NCBI GenBank assembly: GCA_963665075.1
Contig: OY762063.1
Location: 2,539,045-2,603,044, forward strand
Reading direction: 5' to 3'
Source: Dehalococcoidia bacterium
Lineage (GTDB): Bacteria > Chloroflexota > Dehalococcoidia > Lucifugimonadales > GCA-2712585
Length of the DNA stretch: 64,000 nucleotides
Made by a program: the position numbers and the translations under genes. Below the pieces are notes generated by a model. That model was given only the letters and a program-made list of their open reading frames with translations. It was not told the origin of the DNA and did not search any database. Positions 35,764-44,274 of this stretch are shown one piece after another. Each line of letters starts with the position of its first letter. Position 1 is the first letter of the stretch.

Positions 35764-38145
35764 TTACGGGTCTCTGGGGCGGTAGTTGTAGAATTTAGAG
35801 TCCCACCACTCTTCATCGATGTGGCGGTAGAGGATGTAGTCGAGGGCGTCCTTCCAGGTGGAGCGACGGGGAGCCATGTTGGCGGCGAACTTGGCGTCCC
35901 GCCACAATTCCTGGAAGATGTTCTCCTCCTTGCGCCGCTCCCCGGGCCGGCGGTACACCTCCGGGAACCAGAGGAGTTCGTTGTAGGAGCCTTCCCGCTT
36001 GTAGTCGGTGAGATGGGTGTGGAACTTGTACCCGTTCTCGTCGAGAAGCAGCAAGCCCGCCGCGGAAGGCGGGGCCGTTATGTCCTGGCAGCCTGGCTTG
36101 CTTCCGTAACACCGGTACTTGACGAACTCGTCGCTTCGCACGTACCAGTTGAGGGGATACCAGAGTTCGTAGTCCACGTGTAGCTGCGCTTCCGGGTCTT
36201 GCAGATAAGGCTGGTCGCGGAGATCGTTGGCCACCTGGCGAAGCTCCGCGCTTGCGCCCGCGTACACAATCATTTCCACGGTTTCGTCGTCGTTTACCCA
36301 ACCGGCGCGGAGGGCGACGAAGGCGGTGAATCCAAGCAGCAGGACGGCGACGCCGAGGCCGCCGAGGGCGAGACCCTTTCGGACGCCCAGCTTGTCCAGA
36401 ATGGCGCTGAATATCAGGACAAGGGCCACCACTACGCCCAGGCTCACCCATCCGGCGAGGGTATTGACGCCTTCCGCGTCCAATAATCTCAGCGACAGAT
36501 TTACGAGGGCCGCCAGCAGCAGGGGCCCGACGAGGATGACCGCGCCGTTCATGCTGGGAACGAGCCTTCGCCACGGCAGGCGTTCCAGGGCTTCGCCCAG
36601 GAACTTGGCTGACAGGATGATGAATGGCACCGTGATGTTGACCAGCAGCCAGGGCATCTTTTCGCTGGCGACGGTGTAGGCTCCGAAGGTGACTACGGCC
36701 CAGAATACGAGGAAGAGGGATAGGGGGCTTCGCTTTCTCAGGTAGTAGATGATGGCGACAACGCCCACCAACAGGGGGAGGAATTCGTACACGGAGCCGA
36801 TGAGCAGGTAGTAGTACCAGGGCTGGTTGCCGCGGGCCACTTCCTGCTGGGCGAGCCAGTAGCCCAGGCCCTGCCAGACGCCGGTGAAGGCGCCGCCGAA
36901 GCGGGAGCACACCGATTCGACGGTGTCGTTGAGGGCCGCGGGACATTCGGTGAAGGGGCGACCGAATGCGCCGAAGACGGCGGTGTAGAAGAAAAGCCAG
37001 ACGGTGTAGAAGATGCCGGCGCAGAGGAGCCAAACCCGCCACCTCCACATAAGCCCGATAGCCACCGATACAGCGGACACCAGGAATAGCGCGACGCCGG
37101 CGATGAGGTAGTTCCTGGCGATTTCCAGTTCGGTCATCGACATGGCGGCGTAGAGCAGGGCGAAGGCGGCCACTGTGAAGAAGAAGGCCAGCGCCCATCT
37201 GACGCTGTAGCGGGCGAGATAGAGGGAGGCGAGGGCGAGGACGGCTATCAGGCCGCGGATGACGTGGTGGAAGAATCCGAGATCGGCGAAGACGCCAAGG
37301 TTGACGAAGGGTTCGCCCCAGAGGGGCAGGCCGGTGGGATTCGAGGTGTCGCCGCCGGAATAGGCAAGAACCAGACTCTCGCCGAACAATCCCTGGAAGG
37401 CAGAAACCAAGGCGGTCCATTGGGGGAGGGTCAGGGTTATCAGGAGAAGCAGGAACACACCCGGGCGGGTGAGGCTCGACAGGCTGAACCGGGACATGGC
37501 GCCGGATCGCAAGTCGTTTACGGCGAGTACAAACAGGAAGAGGCCGAAGATTGCGACGATGATGTAGGCGGTCTCCTTGGAGGCGAAGGCCAGCGCGAGG
37601 ACCGCCGAGGCCATGTAAAGATAGCGGTTCTTGCCTTCCTGGATGTATCGCCACATGAGGATGACCAGGCCCAGAGCGAAAACGGCCATGTAGATGTCGT
37701 TGCGGGAGTAGCGGCTGAAGTAGAAGAGGGCGGGAGAGAAGGCCAGCATGATGGCCGCTATAAGCGCCCCGGCGCGACCGATGTAGTCGCGGAAGAAGAA
37801 GGGAAGTCCCACCAGGATTACGCCGAAAATGACGTAGGTGATGCGGACGGTGTAGTCGCTGTCCCAGAAAATGGCGAACACGGCGGAATTGAGGAAGAAT
37901 TGCAGGGGGCCGTGAATCCAAGGCTCGTGGCGATAGCCGTCGCCGACGAAAAGCTGCCAGCTGTAGTAGGCGTGAAGGCCCTCGTCGTAGTGGATGGGGC
38001 GTCCTCCCAAGTCCCAGAGTCGCAGGGCCAGGGCCAGAAGCATGACGGCGCCAAAGGCGGCCATATAGGGAGAAATTCCTATCTTCTCCAGAGGTTCCAG
38101 GACTCGTCGGGTGCGGCGAATAAGGGAATCGGCAGCGGTATTCAT
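35764..38145 (-). CDS. GT-C fold membrane glycosyltransferase-like protein (PMT_2/ArnT-like; TIGR03663-like, tentative)
   Basis: 793 aa with more than 12 TM segments. N-terminal loop RLWDLGGRPIHYDEGLHAYYSW..HEPWIHGPL. QPWYYYLL motif. Confidence 0.62.
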   Translation of the reverse strand: MNTAADSLIRRTRRVLEPLEKIGISPYMAAFGAVMLLALALRLWDLGGRPIHYDEGLHAYYSWQLFVGDGYRHEPWIHGPLQFFLNSAVFAIFWDSDYTVRITYVIFGVILVGLPFFFRDYIGRAGALIAAIMLAFSPALFYFSRYSRNDIYMAVFALGLVILMWRYIQEGKNRYLYMASAVLALAFASKETAYIIVAIFGLFLFVLAVNDLRSGAMSRFSLSSLTRPGVFLLLLITLTLPQWTALVSAFQGLFGESLVLAYSGGDTSNPTGLPLWGEPFVNLGVFADLGFFHHVIRGLIAVLALASLYLARYSVRWALAFFFTVAAFALLYAAMSMTELEIARNYLIAGVALFLVSAVSVAIGLMWRWRVWLLCAGIFYTVWLFFYTAVFGAFGRPFTECPAALNDTVESVCSRFGGAFTGVWQGLGYWLAQQEVARGNQPWYYYLLIGSVYEFLPLLVGVVAIIYYLRKRSPLSLFLVFWAVVTFGAYTVASEKMPWLLVNITVPFIILSAKFLGEALERLPWRRLVPSMNGAVILVGPLLLAALVNLSLRLLDAEGVNTLAGWVSLGVVVALVLIFSAILDKLGVRKGLALGGLGVAVLLLGFTAFVALRAGWVNDDETVEMIVYAGASAELRQVANDLRDQPYLQDPEAQLHVDYELWYPLNWYVRSDEFVKYRCYGSKPGCQDITAPPSAAGLLLLDENGYKFHTHLTDYKREGSYNELLWFPEVYRRPGERRKEENIFQELWRDAKFAANMAPRRSTWKDALDYILYRHIDEEWWDSKFYNYRPRDP

Positions 38146-40484
38146 CAGGATTCAGACTTCCTCTCGAATACAACTACGTCGCCGCTTCTGAAATATACCT
38201 GCATGGATTGCAGAAACTTCTCCTCGTCAATCGGGCCGTATTTGGCCCGTTCTCTGGCCCCAAGGTATACGTAGCGAACGTCGTATTTGTCAAGGAGGGC
38301 CGCGAGTTCCGTGGGATTGTTTGACTGATAGATGGCGGTCACGTCTTCTTCGCGTCCGGCAAGGGGCAAGTGGGAGCCACGCCATTGGGCCTCGTGTCCC
38401 GGCCAGTTCAGGATGGAAGGCAGGCCCGTGCTGGAGGCGACGCGTCCGAATTCCGAGTATGACGAGCCTACGGCCTCGACCAGGACGCCTCCGGGGGCGT
38501 GGTCGCGGAGTTGAAGGATGGCTTCGTATTCGTCCGGGGCGCTTTTCTTGATGAAGGCCAATCCGTCCAACGTAGGGGGATCGTCAGAGGCTTGGATTCT
38601 GTCCAACGCTGCTCCCACGGGATAGTAGAGGGAACATAAGACGAGAACCGAAATCAGTCCAACCCATGCGTAGTCTGCGACTTTCAGGGCGGGGAATTTC
38701 GGCAGCGGCTGGGAGAACCAGTAGTAGACGCCAAAGGCGGAGGCGACTGCGAGCAGCAGCCAGGACTGGTAGTAGAGTTTGAAGACGGTGTTCATCCGCA
38801 GTGGGAAGAAATCTTCCACGTAGAAAAGCTCTGCGCCCATGAGGAGATAGAATCCGAGGGCGGCGAGGGTCAGGGTGAAAACCAGGGGCGTCGGGCCGGT
38901 TCGGGCGCGAGCAAGGGTGCTGTAGACGGCGAGGCCGATGACGGCCAAAATGGGAAGCAGCTTTGCCAGACGGGAGCCGACAAGGGTCAGGGCAGAATAG
39001 AGGCCGTTGTCGAAGGTCTCCAGGGGTAGGACTATCACCGCCCATATCAGAAACGGAAGCGCCGTTATTGCCAGGGTGAGGGAGACGAAAGAGTCTGTCC
39101 TTCGTCCGGTTGAAGGCAGGCTTGAAAGCTGCCGGATTAGCACGGCGGCGGCAATGGCGAGGAACAGCCCCCAGATGAGCAGGAAGTGGAGGGGGCGGGT
39201 GCTCACCTCCCGGAGGGGCACGATGCCGGCGGCCTGGCTCTCCAGGTTGAGGTAGAAGGGCAGGAAGAGGACCACGGCAGCGGCAAGAATCGCAAGTCCG
39301 ACGATTGCGACGCCGAGCGTGGCTGAACCAAGTCCGGCGTCTGTATGGCGCAGTCCTGTCAAGAGAAGTATGGCGAGAAAAAGCGTACTGAGGGTGGGGA
39401 TGTCCCAGGTGTTGATGAATCCCAGCGCGCCTACGGATAGGGCGATGGTCGCGCACTCCCACGGATTTCGACGAAGCCAACCCAAACCGGGCGGCGTCTT
39501 GGATAGAAGCACGTTCAACAGCAATCCCAACGCTAGAGCGATGAAGGGCAGGGCCATCACGTGGGCGTGGAGGTCGCCCAGAAGGAAGCTGAAGAAGGGG
39601 AACTCGGTGATGGTGTAGTCCAGGCTTCTGCCGTTCACCACGGTGTCGATGACGCGGGTGTCGCGCCACCACCAGTTGAACTGGTCGGGGAAGAATCCGC
39701 CGCCTCCGATGGCTCTGAGGTCTTTTATGCCAATCCAGTCCCAGAAGGCGTATCCGCCCCAGCCTCTCGTCTGGAAGAAGTGGAGGATGCCCACCAAGTT
39801 GCTGATTATGCCGACGAAGACCGGCCCGGCCAGGGAGAACAAACCCGCCTTGAGACGGGAGGCTACGGTCAAGCGGATCAGGTTGTACATCAGCCCGTAG
39901 ACGGCGACGGATGCCAAGGCGGAGATGAGGGCTATAGCCAGGTTGTAGGATACGTTGGATGGAAGGCCGGAAAGCTTCGTCAAGCCGCTCATGACCAGGT
40001 GGCCGAAGTGGTAGTAGTTGACGGGGTGGCCTGCCAGCCAGAAGTCCTCCGGCGGGTAGCCGGTTGCGCCAAGCAGGGCGTTGAGGAATCCGAAGTCCAT
40101 AGGCTTTTCGGTGTGGTTGATGGCCGGAACCTGGGCTGCGATAAGCGTCCATCCGATGAGAACGGCGAGGAATACGGCTTCTGCGGCGAGCAGATGCCAG
40201 CGTTCGCGCTTCACGAATTCCCATAAGTCGCGCCGCTTTCGCCACGCAATCCAACCTGAGACGACTGCAAGGGCCAAGACCAAGGCCCAGACGGTAATTT
40301 GGGAATGGGGGGCCAATCCCACCAGTCCGACCAGCCAAAGGGCGTAGCTGATCAGGAGGATGCCCAGGACTTTGCTTAGGGTTGCGCCCCTATCGGGCAG
40401 ACGCTTGAAGAGGGCGTAGGCAAGTGGGAAGGCGATTAAGCCGACAAGCTCCACCACCAGGAGCCAAATCAGGAAACTACTCAC
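38145..40484 (-). CDS. Large polytopic membrane protein (DUF2298 / 'Chlor_Arch_YYY'-like, tentative)
   Basis: 779 aa. N-terminus WLLVVELVGLIAFPLAYALFKRLPDRGATLSKVLGILLISYALW, and HPVNYYHFGH. Its stop overlaps the downstream GT-C gene's start by 1 nt. Confidence 0.6.
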   Translation of the reverse strand: MSSFLIWLLVVELVGLIAFPLAYALFKRLPDRGATLSKVLGILLISYALWLVGLVGLAPHSQITVWALVLALAVVSGWIAWRKRRDLWEFVKRERWHLLAAEAVFLAVLIGWTLIAAQVPAINHTEKPMDFGFLNALLGATGYPPEDFWLAGHPVNYYHFGHLVMSGLTKLSGLPSNVSYNLAIALISALASVAVYGLMYNLIRLTVASRLKAGLFSLAGPVFVGIISNLVGILHFFQTRGWGGYAFWDWIGIKDLRAIGGGGFFPDQFNWWWRDTRVIDTVVNGRSLDYTITEFPFFSFLLGDLHAHVMALPFIALALGLLLNVLLSKTPPGLGWLRRNPWECATIALSVGALGFINTWDIPTLSTLFLAILLLTGLRHTDAGLGSATLGVAIVGLAILAAAVVLFLPFYLNLESQAAGIVPLREVSTRPLHFLLIWGLFLAIAAAVLIRQLSSLPSTGRRTDSFVSLTLAITALPFLIWAVIVLPLETFDNGLYSALTLVGSRLAKLLPILAVIGLAVYSTLARARTGPTPLVFTLTLAALGFYLLMGAELFYVEDFFPLRMNTVFKLYYQSWLLLAVASAFGVYYWFSQPLPKFPALKVADYAWVGLISVLVLCSLYYPVGAALDRIQASDDPPTLDGLAFIKKSAPDEYEAILQLRDHAPGGVLVEAVGSSYSEFGRVASSTGLPSILNWPGHEAQWRGSHLPLAGREEDVTAIYQSNNPTELAALLDKYDVRYVYLGARERAKYGPIDEEKFLQSMQVYFRSGDVVVFERKSES

Positions 40485-40515
40485 AGGTCATCCTATCAGG
40501 AGCCACATGGGGAAT

Positions 40516-41475
40516 CTAGTCGGCGGGGGCCAGCAAAGCCTCCACGAACTCCCTGGGGTTGAAGGGGGCCATGTCGTCCACGCTCTCGCCGGTGCCGATG
40601 TAGTGGATGGGAAGACCCAACTCCCGGCTTATGGCCAGGACGATGCCGCCGCGAGCGGAGCCGTCGAGCTTGGCGAGGAAGACGCCGGTGCAGCCGAGGG
40701 CGTCGGTGAATGCCCGCGCCTGGCTTAAGCCGTTGTGTCCGGTGGTGGCGTCTAGGGCCAGCAGCACTTCGTGGGGTGCGGAAGGCTCCAGCCTGCGGAT
40801 GACGGAGTGGATCTTCTTCGCCTCGGCCATGAGATTGGTCTTGGTGTGGAGACGGCCCGCGGTGTCGATTATGAGGGTGTCGGCGCCTCGCGCTCGCGCC
40901 GCCTGGAAGGAATCGTAGGCGACGGCGCCCGGGTCCGCGCCCTGGGAGTGGGCCACGACGTCGACGCCCACGCGTTCGCCCCAGATTTGAAGCTGGTCGA
41001 TGGCGGCGGCGCGGAAGGTGTCGGCGGCGGCCAGGAGTACCTGGCGTCCTTCCTGCTTGTAGGCGTGGGCCAGCTTGGCGATGCTGGTGGTCTTGCCCAC
41101 GCCGTTCACGCCTACGACGAGGATGACGTGGGGTGGCTTTGGGGAGGACGTTGGCTGATTGTTTGCGCCTTCGCTAGTGGCGTTCAGTAGGGCGACGAGT
41201 TCTTCCTTGAGGGCGGCGAAGACCTGTTCCGGCTCCTGGAGGGAATCTCTGCGGGTACGCCCTCTCAGGTCTTCGACAAGGTCAAGGGAGGTTTCTACGC
41301 CAACGTCACCTGAGATGAGAAGCTCCTCCAATTCCTCCCATAGGCTATCGTCCAGGCGGGAACGCTGAAAAACGTCGCGGATGCGCCCGAACAAACCGCG
41401 GCGGCTGCGTTTGACCGCCGATTCGGTCTTTGCCCTGGTTTCGCTGTCTTTCCTGCGTAGGAACTTGAGCATCAC
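40516..41475 (-). CDS. ftsY: Signal recognition particle receptor
   Basis: ILVVGVNGVGKTTSIAKLA, LLAAADTFRAAAIDQL, IIDTAGRL and FLAKLDGSARGG. Confidence 0.93.
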   Translation of the reverse strand: MMLKFLRRKDSETRAKTESAVKRSRRGLFGRIRDVFQRSRLDDSLWEELEELLISGDVGVETSLDLVEDLRGRTRRDSLQEPEQVFAALKEELVALLNATSEGANNQPTSSPKPPHVILVVGVNGVGKTTSIAKLAHAYKQEGRQVLLAAADTFRAAAIDQLQIWGERVGVDVVAHSQGADPGAVAYDSFQAARARGADTLIIDTAGRLHTKTNLMAEAKKIHSVIRRLEPSAPHEVLLALDATTGHNGLSQARAFTDALGCTGVFLAKLDGSARGGIVLAISRELGLPIHYIGTGESVDDMAPFNPREFVEALLAPAD

Positions 41476-42275
41476 CCTTGTTCCTGGCCGGGAGCTTCTG
41501 AGGCGGCGAGGGACGTCAGAGCTTCTTGCGCCGCCTTGCGCTCTGCGTCAACCTTCCTACGGGCTACGCCGACGCCGGCGACGCGGTCTTCCAATAGAAC
41601 CTCTACGGTGAAGGTGCGCCTGTGGTCAGGGCCACGTTTGTCTACCACGCGGTACTGAGGCAGCGGTTCGTGGCGGGCCTGGACCACTTCCTGAAGGTGG
41701 GACTTGGGGTCGAGAGGGGCGTGGCCCCTTTGCTCGGCTCGTTCAATCTCATGGGATAGCAGCTTCAGTATCAGATTCTTTGCGGCGTCGGGGCCTTGGT
41801 CGAGGTAAGTCGCGCCGATTAGGGCTTCCACCCCCGCCGCCAAGTTGGAGCTGCGTCGGCGACCACCGATGGCCTCTTCTCCACGGCCCATGAAGAGTTG
41901 GTCGCCCAGGTGGATGGACTCGCCAACGGCGGCGATGGTGCGCTCCTGGACGAGATGGGCGCGGAGTTTGGTCAGTTCGCCTTCGTGAAGAGTGGGAAAG
42001 CGGCGAAAGAGTTCCGACGCGGTTACGTACCCCAAAACGGCGTCGCCCAGAAATTCCAGACGTTGGTAGGATGCCCTGCCGGTTTCGGGATATTCGTTCA
42101 GGAATGAGGGGTGGGTGAGGGCTTCGACGAGCAAAGCGGGGCTGTCGAAAGACAGCCCCAACCTCTCTACTGCCCACTCTGCTTCGGACAACCCGCCCTC
42201 TGCGGCTACGCCGCGGGGGTGACTCCCGCCGGCCAGGGCGGCTGCGGGCGCTTGATCTCGCCGATGTTGACCCAC
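41472..42275 (-). CDS. rnc: Ribonuclease III
   Basis: ALTHPSF...YQRLEFLGDAVLG plus a C-terminal dsRBD. The true start may be TTG 42191, because the listed start overlaps the upstream gene by 70 nt. Confidence 0.9.
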   Translation of the reverse strand: MGQHRRDQAPAAALAGGSHPRGVAAEGGLSEAEWAVERLGLSFDSPALLVEALTHPSFLNEYPETGRASYQRLEFLGDAVLGYVTASELFRRFPTLHEGELTKLRAHLVQERTIAAVGESIHLGDQLFMGRGEEAIGGRRRSSNLAAGVEALIGATYLDQGPDAAKNLILKLLSHEIERAEQRGHAPLDPKSHLQEVVQARHEPLPQYRVVDKRGPDHRRTFTVEVLLEDRVAGVGVARRKVDAERKAAQEALTSLAASEAPGQEQG

Positions 42276-42841
42276 TGGGACATCATCTTCACGAGGCTGT
42301 CGTACATCTCGCCCGCCTCGTCCTTTGACGGGTAGAACATCTTGAGAAACACGGAGCCGCCGTTGTCGAAGGCGAAGGTCGGCACGCCAAAGGCGCCGAA
42401 CTTCTGGGTGGCTTCCGTGTGGCTCTCGCCAATGGTGGCGAGGATGGAGGGGTCTTTCATGTCCTCCTGAAGACGGCCCACGTCCAGCCCCGCGTCGCCG
42501 GCGATGCTCATCAACACGTCCGGGTCGTCCAGATTCTTCCTGTCCACGTGGCGGGCCTTGAGCAGGCCGTCATGGAAGGCGTCGTAGAGGCTGTCGCCCT
42601 GGCGCATGGCGGCGATGCCGGCGACGTGGGCCAGCATTCCCCGAACCTTCTCCTCGGCGGGGCGCTCCCACGCCTTCCAGTCCGGCCCTTCCTTGCTGTT
42701 GGCCTGGGCCAGAGCAAAGGGACGCCATCTGATGTTAAGCCTTTCGCCCTTGTCTTCTTCGACTCTTCGCAACCAGACCGTTGCGTTGTAGACGAAGGGT
42801 CAAGTGTAGTCGTAGAAAACCGTCATTTCTTCATTTGCCAT
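42206..42841 (-). CDS. DsbA-family thioredoxin-fold protein with an in-frame UGA (probable selenocysteine, U14)
   Basis: From ATG 42841 (GGAGG 6-7 nt upstream) the frame reads MANEEMTVFYDYT-TGA-PFVYNATVWLRRVEEDKGER... The TGA at 42800-42802 replaces the first Cys of the CPxC motif (FxDxxCPFCY context). A SECIS-like stem-loop follows. The product is 211 aa. Confidence 0.7.
42757..42797 (-). promoter_or_regulatory. Putative bacterial SECIS element
   Basis: On the mRNA strand: lower stem CUUCGUC/GUCGAAG (6 of 7 pairs), an internal loop, upper stem CGCAAC/GUUGCG, and apical loop GGUCUG. The upper stem starts 14 nt after the UGA. The GGUC-containing loop recalls the E. coli fdhF SECIS. Confidence 0.58.
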
Positions 42842-42925
42842 AACGCCCTCCTTTGGTGAAATTCTAGCCAGCGAGAGGCGGAAAGTCAAAGAATCTTGCG
42901 TGAAACAAGGCGTTTAGTCGCTCCG

Positions 42926-42934
42926 TGATATAAT
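42926..42934 (+). promoter_or_regulatory. Extended -10 promoter element (TGaTATAAT) immediately upstream of cca
   Basis: tgatataat ends 3 nt before GTG 42938 and 9 nt before ATG 42944, which implies a leaderless or near-leaderless mRNA. Confidence 0.45.
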
Positions 42935-42937
42935 GCG

Positions 42938-44203
42938 GTGGCGATGAAAACTTCGTCCATTTCAGTCTTGACCAATAGTCCGGTTGACGAATTTCAGCGT
43001 TCACTGAATGCGGATGCCGCGCGTCTATTGGAAGCGACTTTGTCGGAAGCCGAACAACGGGACGCCTCCTTGTATCTGGTGGGCGGGCCGGTGCGGGACC
43101 TGATGCTGCATCGGCGGTCGTGGGATCTGGACCTGGTGACGGAGGGCGACGTGGAGGCTTTGGCAACGGGGGTTGCCGAGGCTGTTGGGTCGAAGGCGGC
43201 GCTCCATCGGCGGTTCGGAACGGCTACGGTAAAATTTGAGGGGGCGCGGTTGGACCTGGCGACGGCGCGTAGGGAGACCTATGCCCGTCCGGGCGCGTTG
43301 CCGACGGTGATGTCGGGAACGATTGAGGAGGATCTTGGACGGCGGGATTTCACCATCAATGCGATGGCGTTGGGGCTTTCGGGGCGTCACAACGGGCAGC
43401 TATTAGACCCCAGCGGCGGGTTGGATGACCTGACCAAGGGCGTGGTGAGGGTCCTGCATCAGCGGAGCTTTGTTGACGACGCAACGCGCATCTTCAGGGC
43501 GGTTCGCTACGAGCAAAGATTGGGGTTTCGGCTGGAATCGGAAACGCGACGGCGACTTCTGGACGCTTTGGACGATGGGATGTTGGCGACGGTGAGCGCG
43601 GACAGGCTGCGCCATGAGATTGAGCTGATTCTGGCTGAAGATGTGCCGGTTCGCACCTTGCTGCGGGCTGGGGAGTTGGGCGTGTTGCACAGTCTTTACA
43701 CACCTTTGAAAGAGGCGGAGTGGATTCGTGCTTTTGATGAGGAAGCTGAGTCGCTCACATTGGTTGCGGCTTTGGCGTATATGATGAGTACGGAGGGGGC
43801 ACAGGCATTCGTCGCGCGGTTGAATATGCCGTCGGCATGGGCCGGAGCGGTGATGGGCATGACGCGGTTGGCGTCCGACGTGCCAAAGCTAAAAACCTCC
43901 GACCTGCCGCCTTCGATGCTGTATCGCACGTTGGAAGGCCGCCCGATGGCGAGCATCGACGCGCTAGCCCGACTGACACCGAAGGCTGTTTTGCGGGAGA
44001 GGCTGATCGATTATTCGGAGAATCTTCGGTTTGTGCAACCCATTCTGCGTGGCGGCGATTTAATCGCATTGGGAGCGACTCAAGGGCCTGTGGTGGGGGA
44101 GATTCTACGTCGCATTCGGGATGCACGTCTGGACGGGGAGGCGAGGACGGTGGAGGAGGAACGAGCGTTGGCCTTGCGTTATTTGGCGGATTTGCGGGCT
44201 TGA
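42938..44203 (+). CDS. cca: CCA-adding enzyme / poly(A) polymerase family nucleotidyltransferase
   Basis: LYLVGGPVRDLML...DLDLV and RRDFTINAMAL. The start is 42938 (GTG) or 42944 (ATG). Confidence 0.85.
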   Translation: MAMKTSSISVLTNSPVDEFQRSLNADAARLLEATLSEAEQRDASLYLVGGPVRDLMLHRRSWDLDLVTEGDVEALATGVAEAVGSKAALHRRFGTATVKFEGARLDLATARRETYARPGALPTVMSGTIEEDLGRRDFTINAMALGLSGRHNGQLLDPSGGLDDLTKGVVRVLHQRSFVDDATRIFRAVRYEQRLGFRLESETRRRLLDALDDGMLATVSADRLRHEIELILAEDVPVRTLLRAGELGVLHSLYTPLKEAEWIRAFDEEAESLTLVAALAYMMSTEGAQAFVARLNMPSAWAGAVMGMTRLASDVPKLKTSDLPPSMLYRTLEGRPMASIDALARLTPKAVLRERLIDYSENLRFVQPILRGGDLIALGATQGPVVGEILRRIRDARLDGEARTVEEERALALRYLADLRA

Positions 44204-44274
44204 AGCTGGTGGTAGAAGGGAGTGGGCGGGTCGGATTCATGGAAGTTTCAAACCATTCGGGGGGACGAGAAAGA

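Noticed and set aside
35813-40338. Long same-strand alternative-frame ORFs (35813-38173, 786 aa; 38584-40338, 584 aa) inside the two large membrane-protein genes.
   Set aside because: Their translations are Arg/Pro-rich with no hydrophobic segments or motifs. The overlapping frames encode coherent polytopic membrane proteins.
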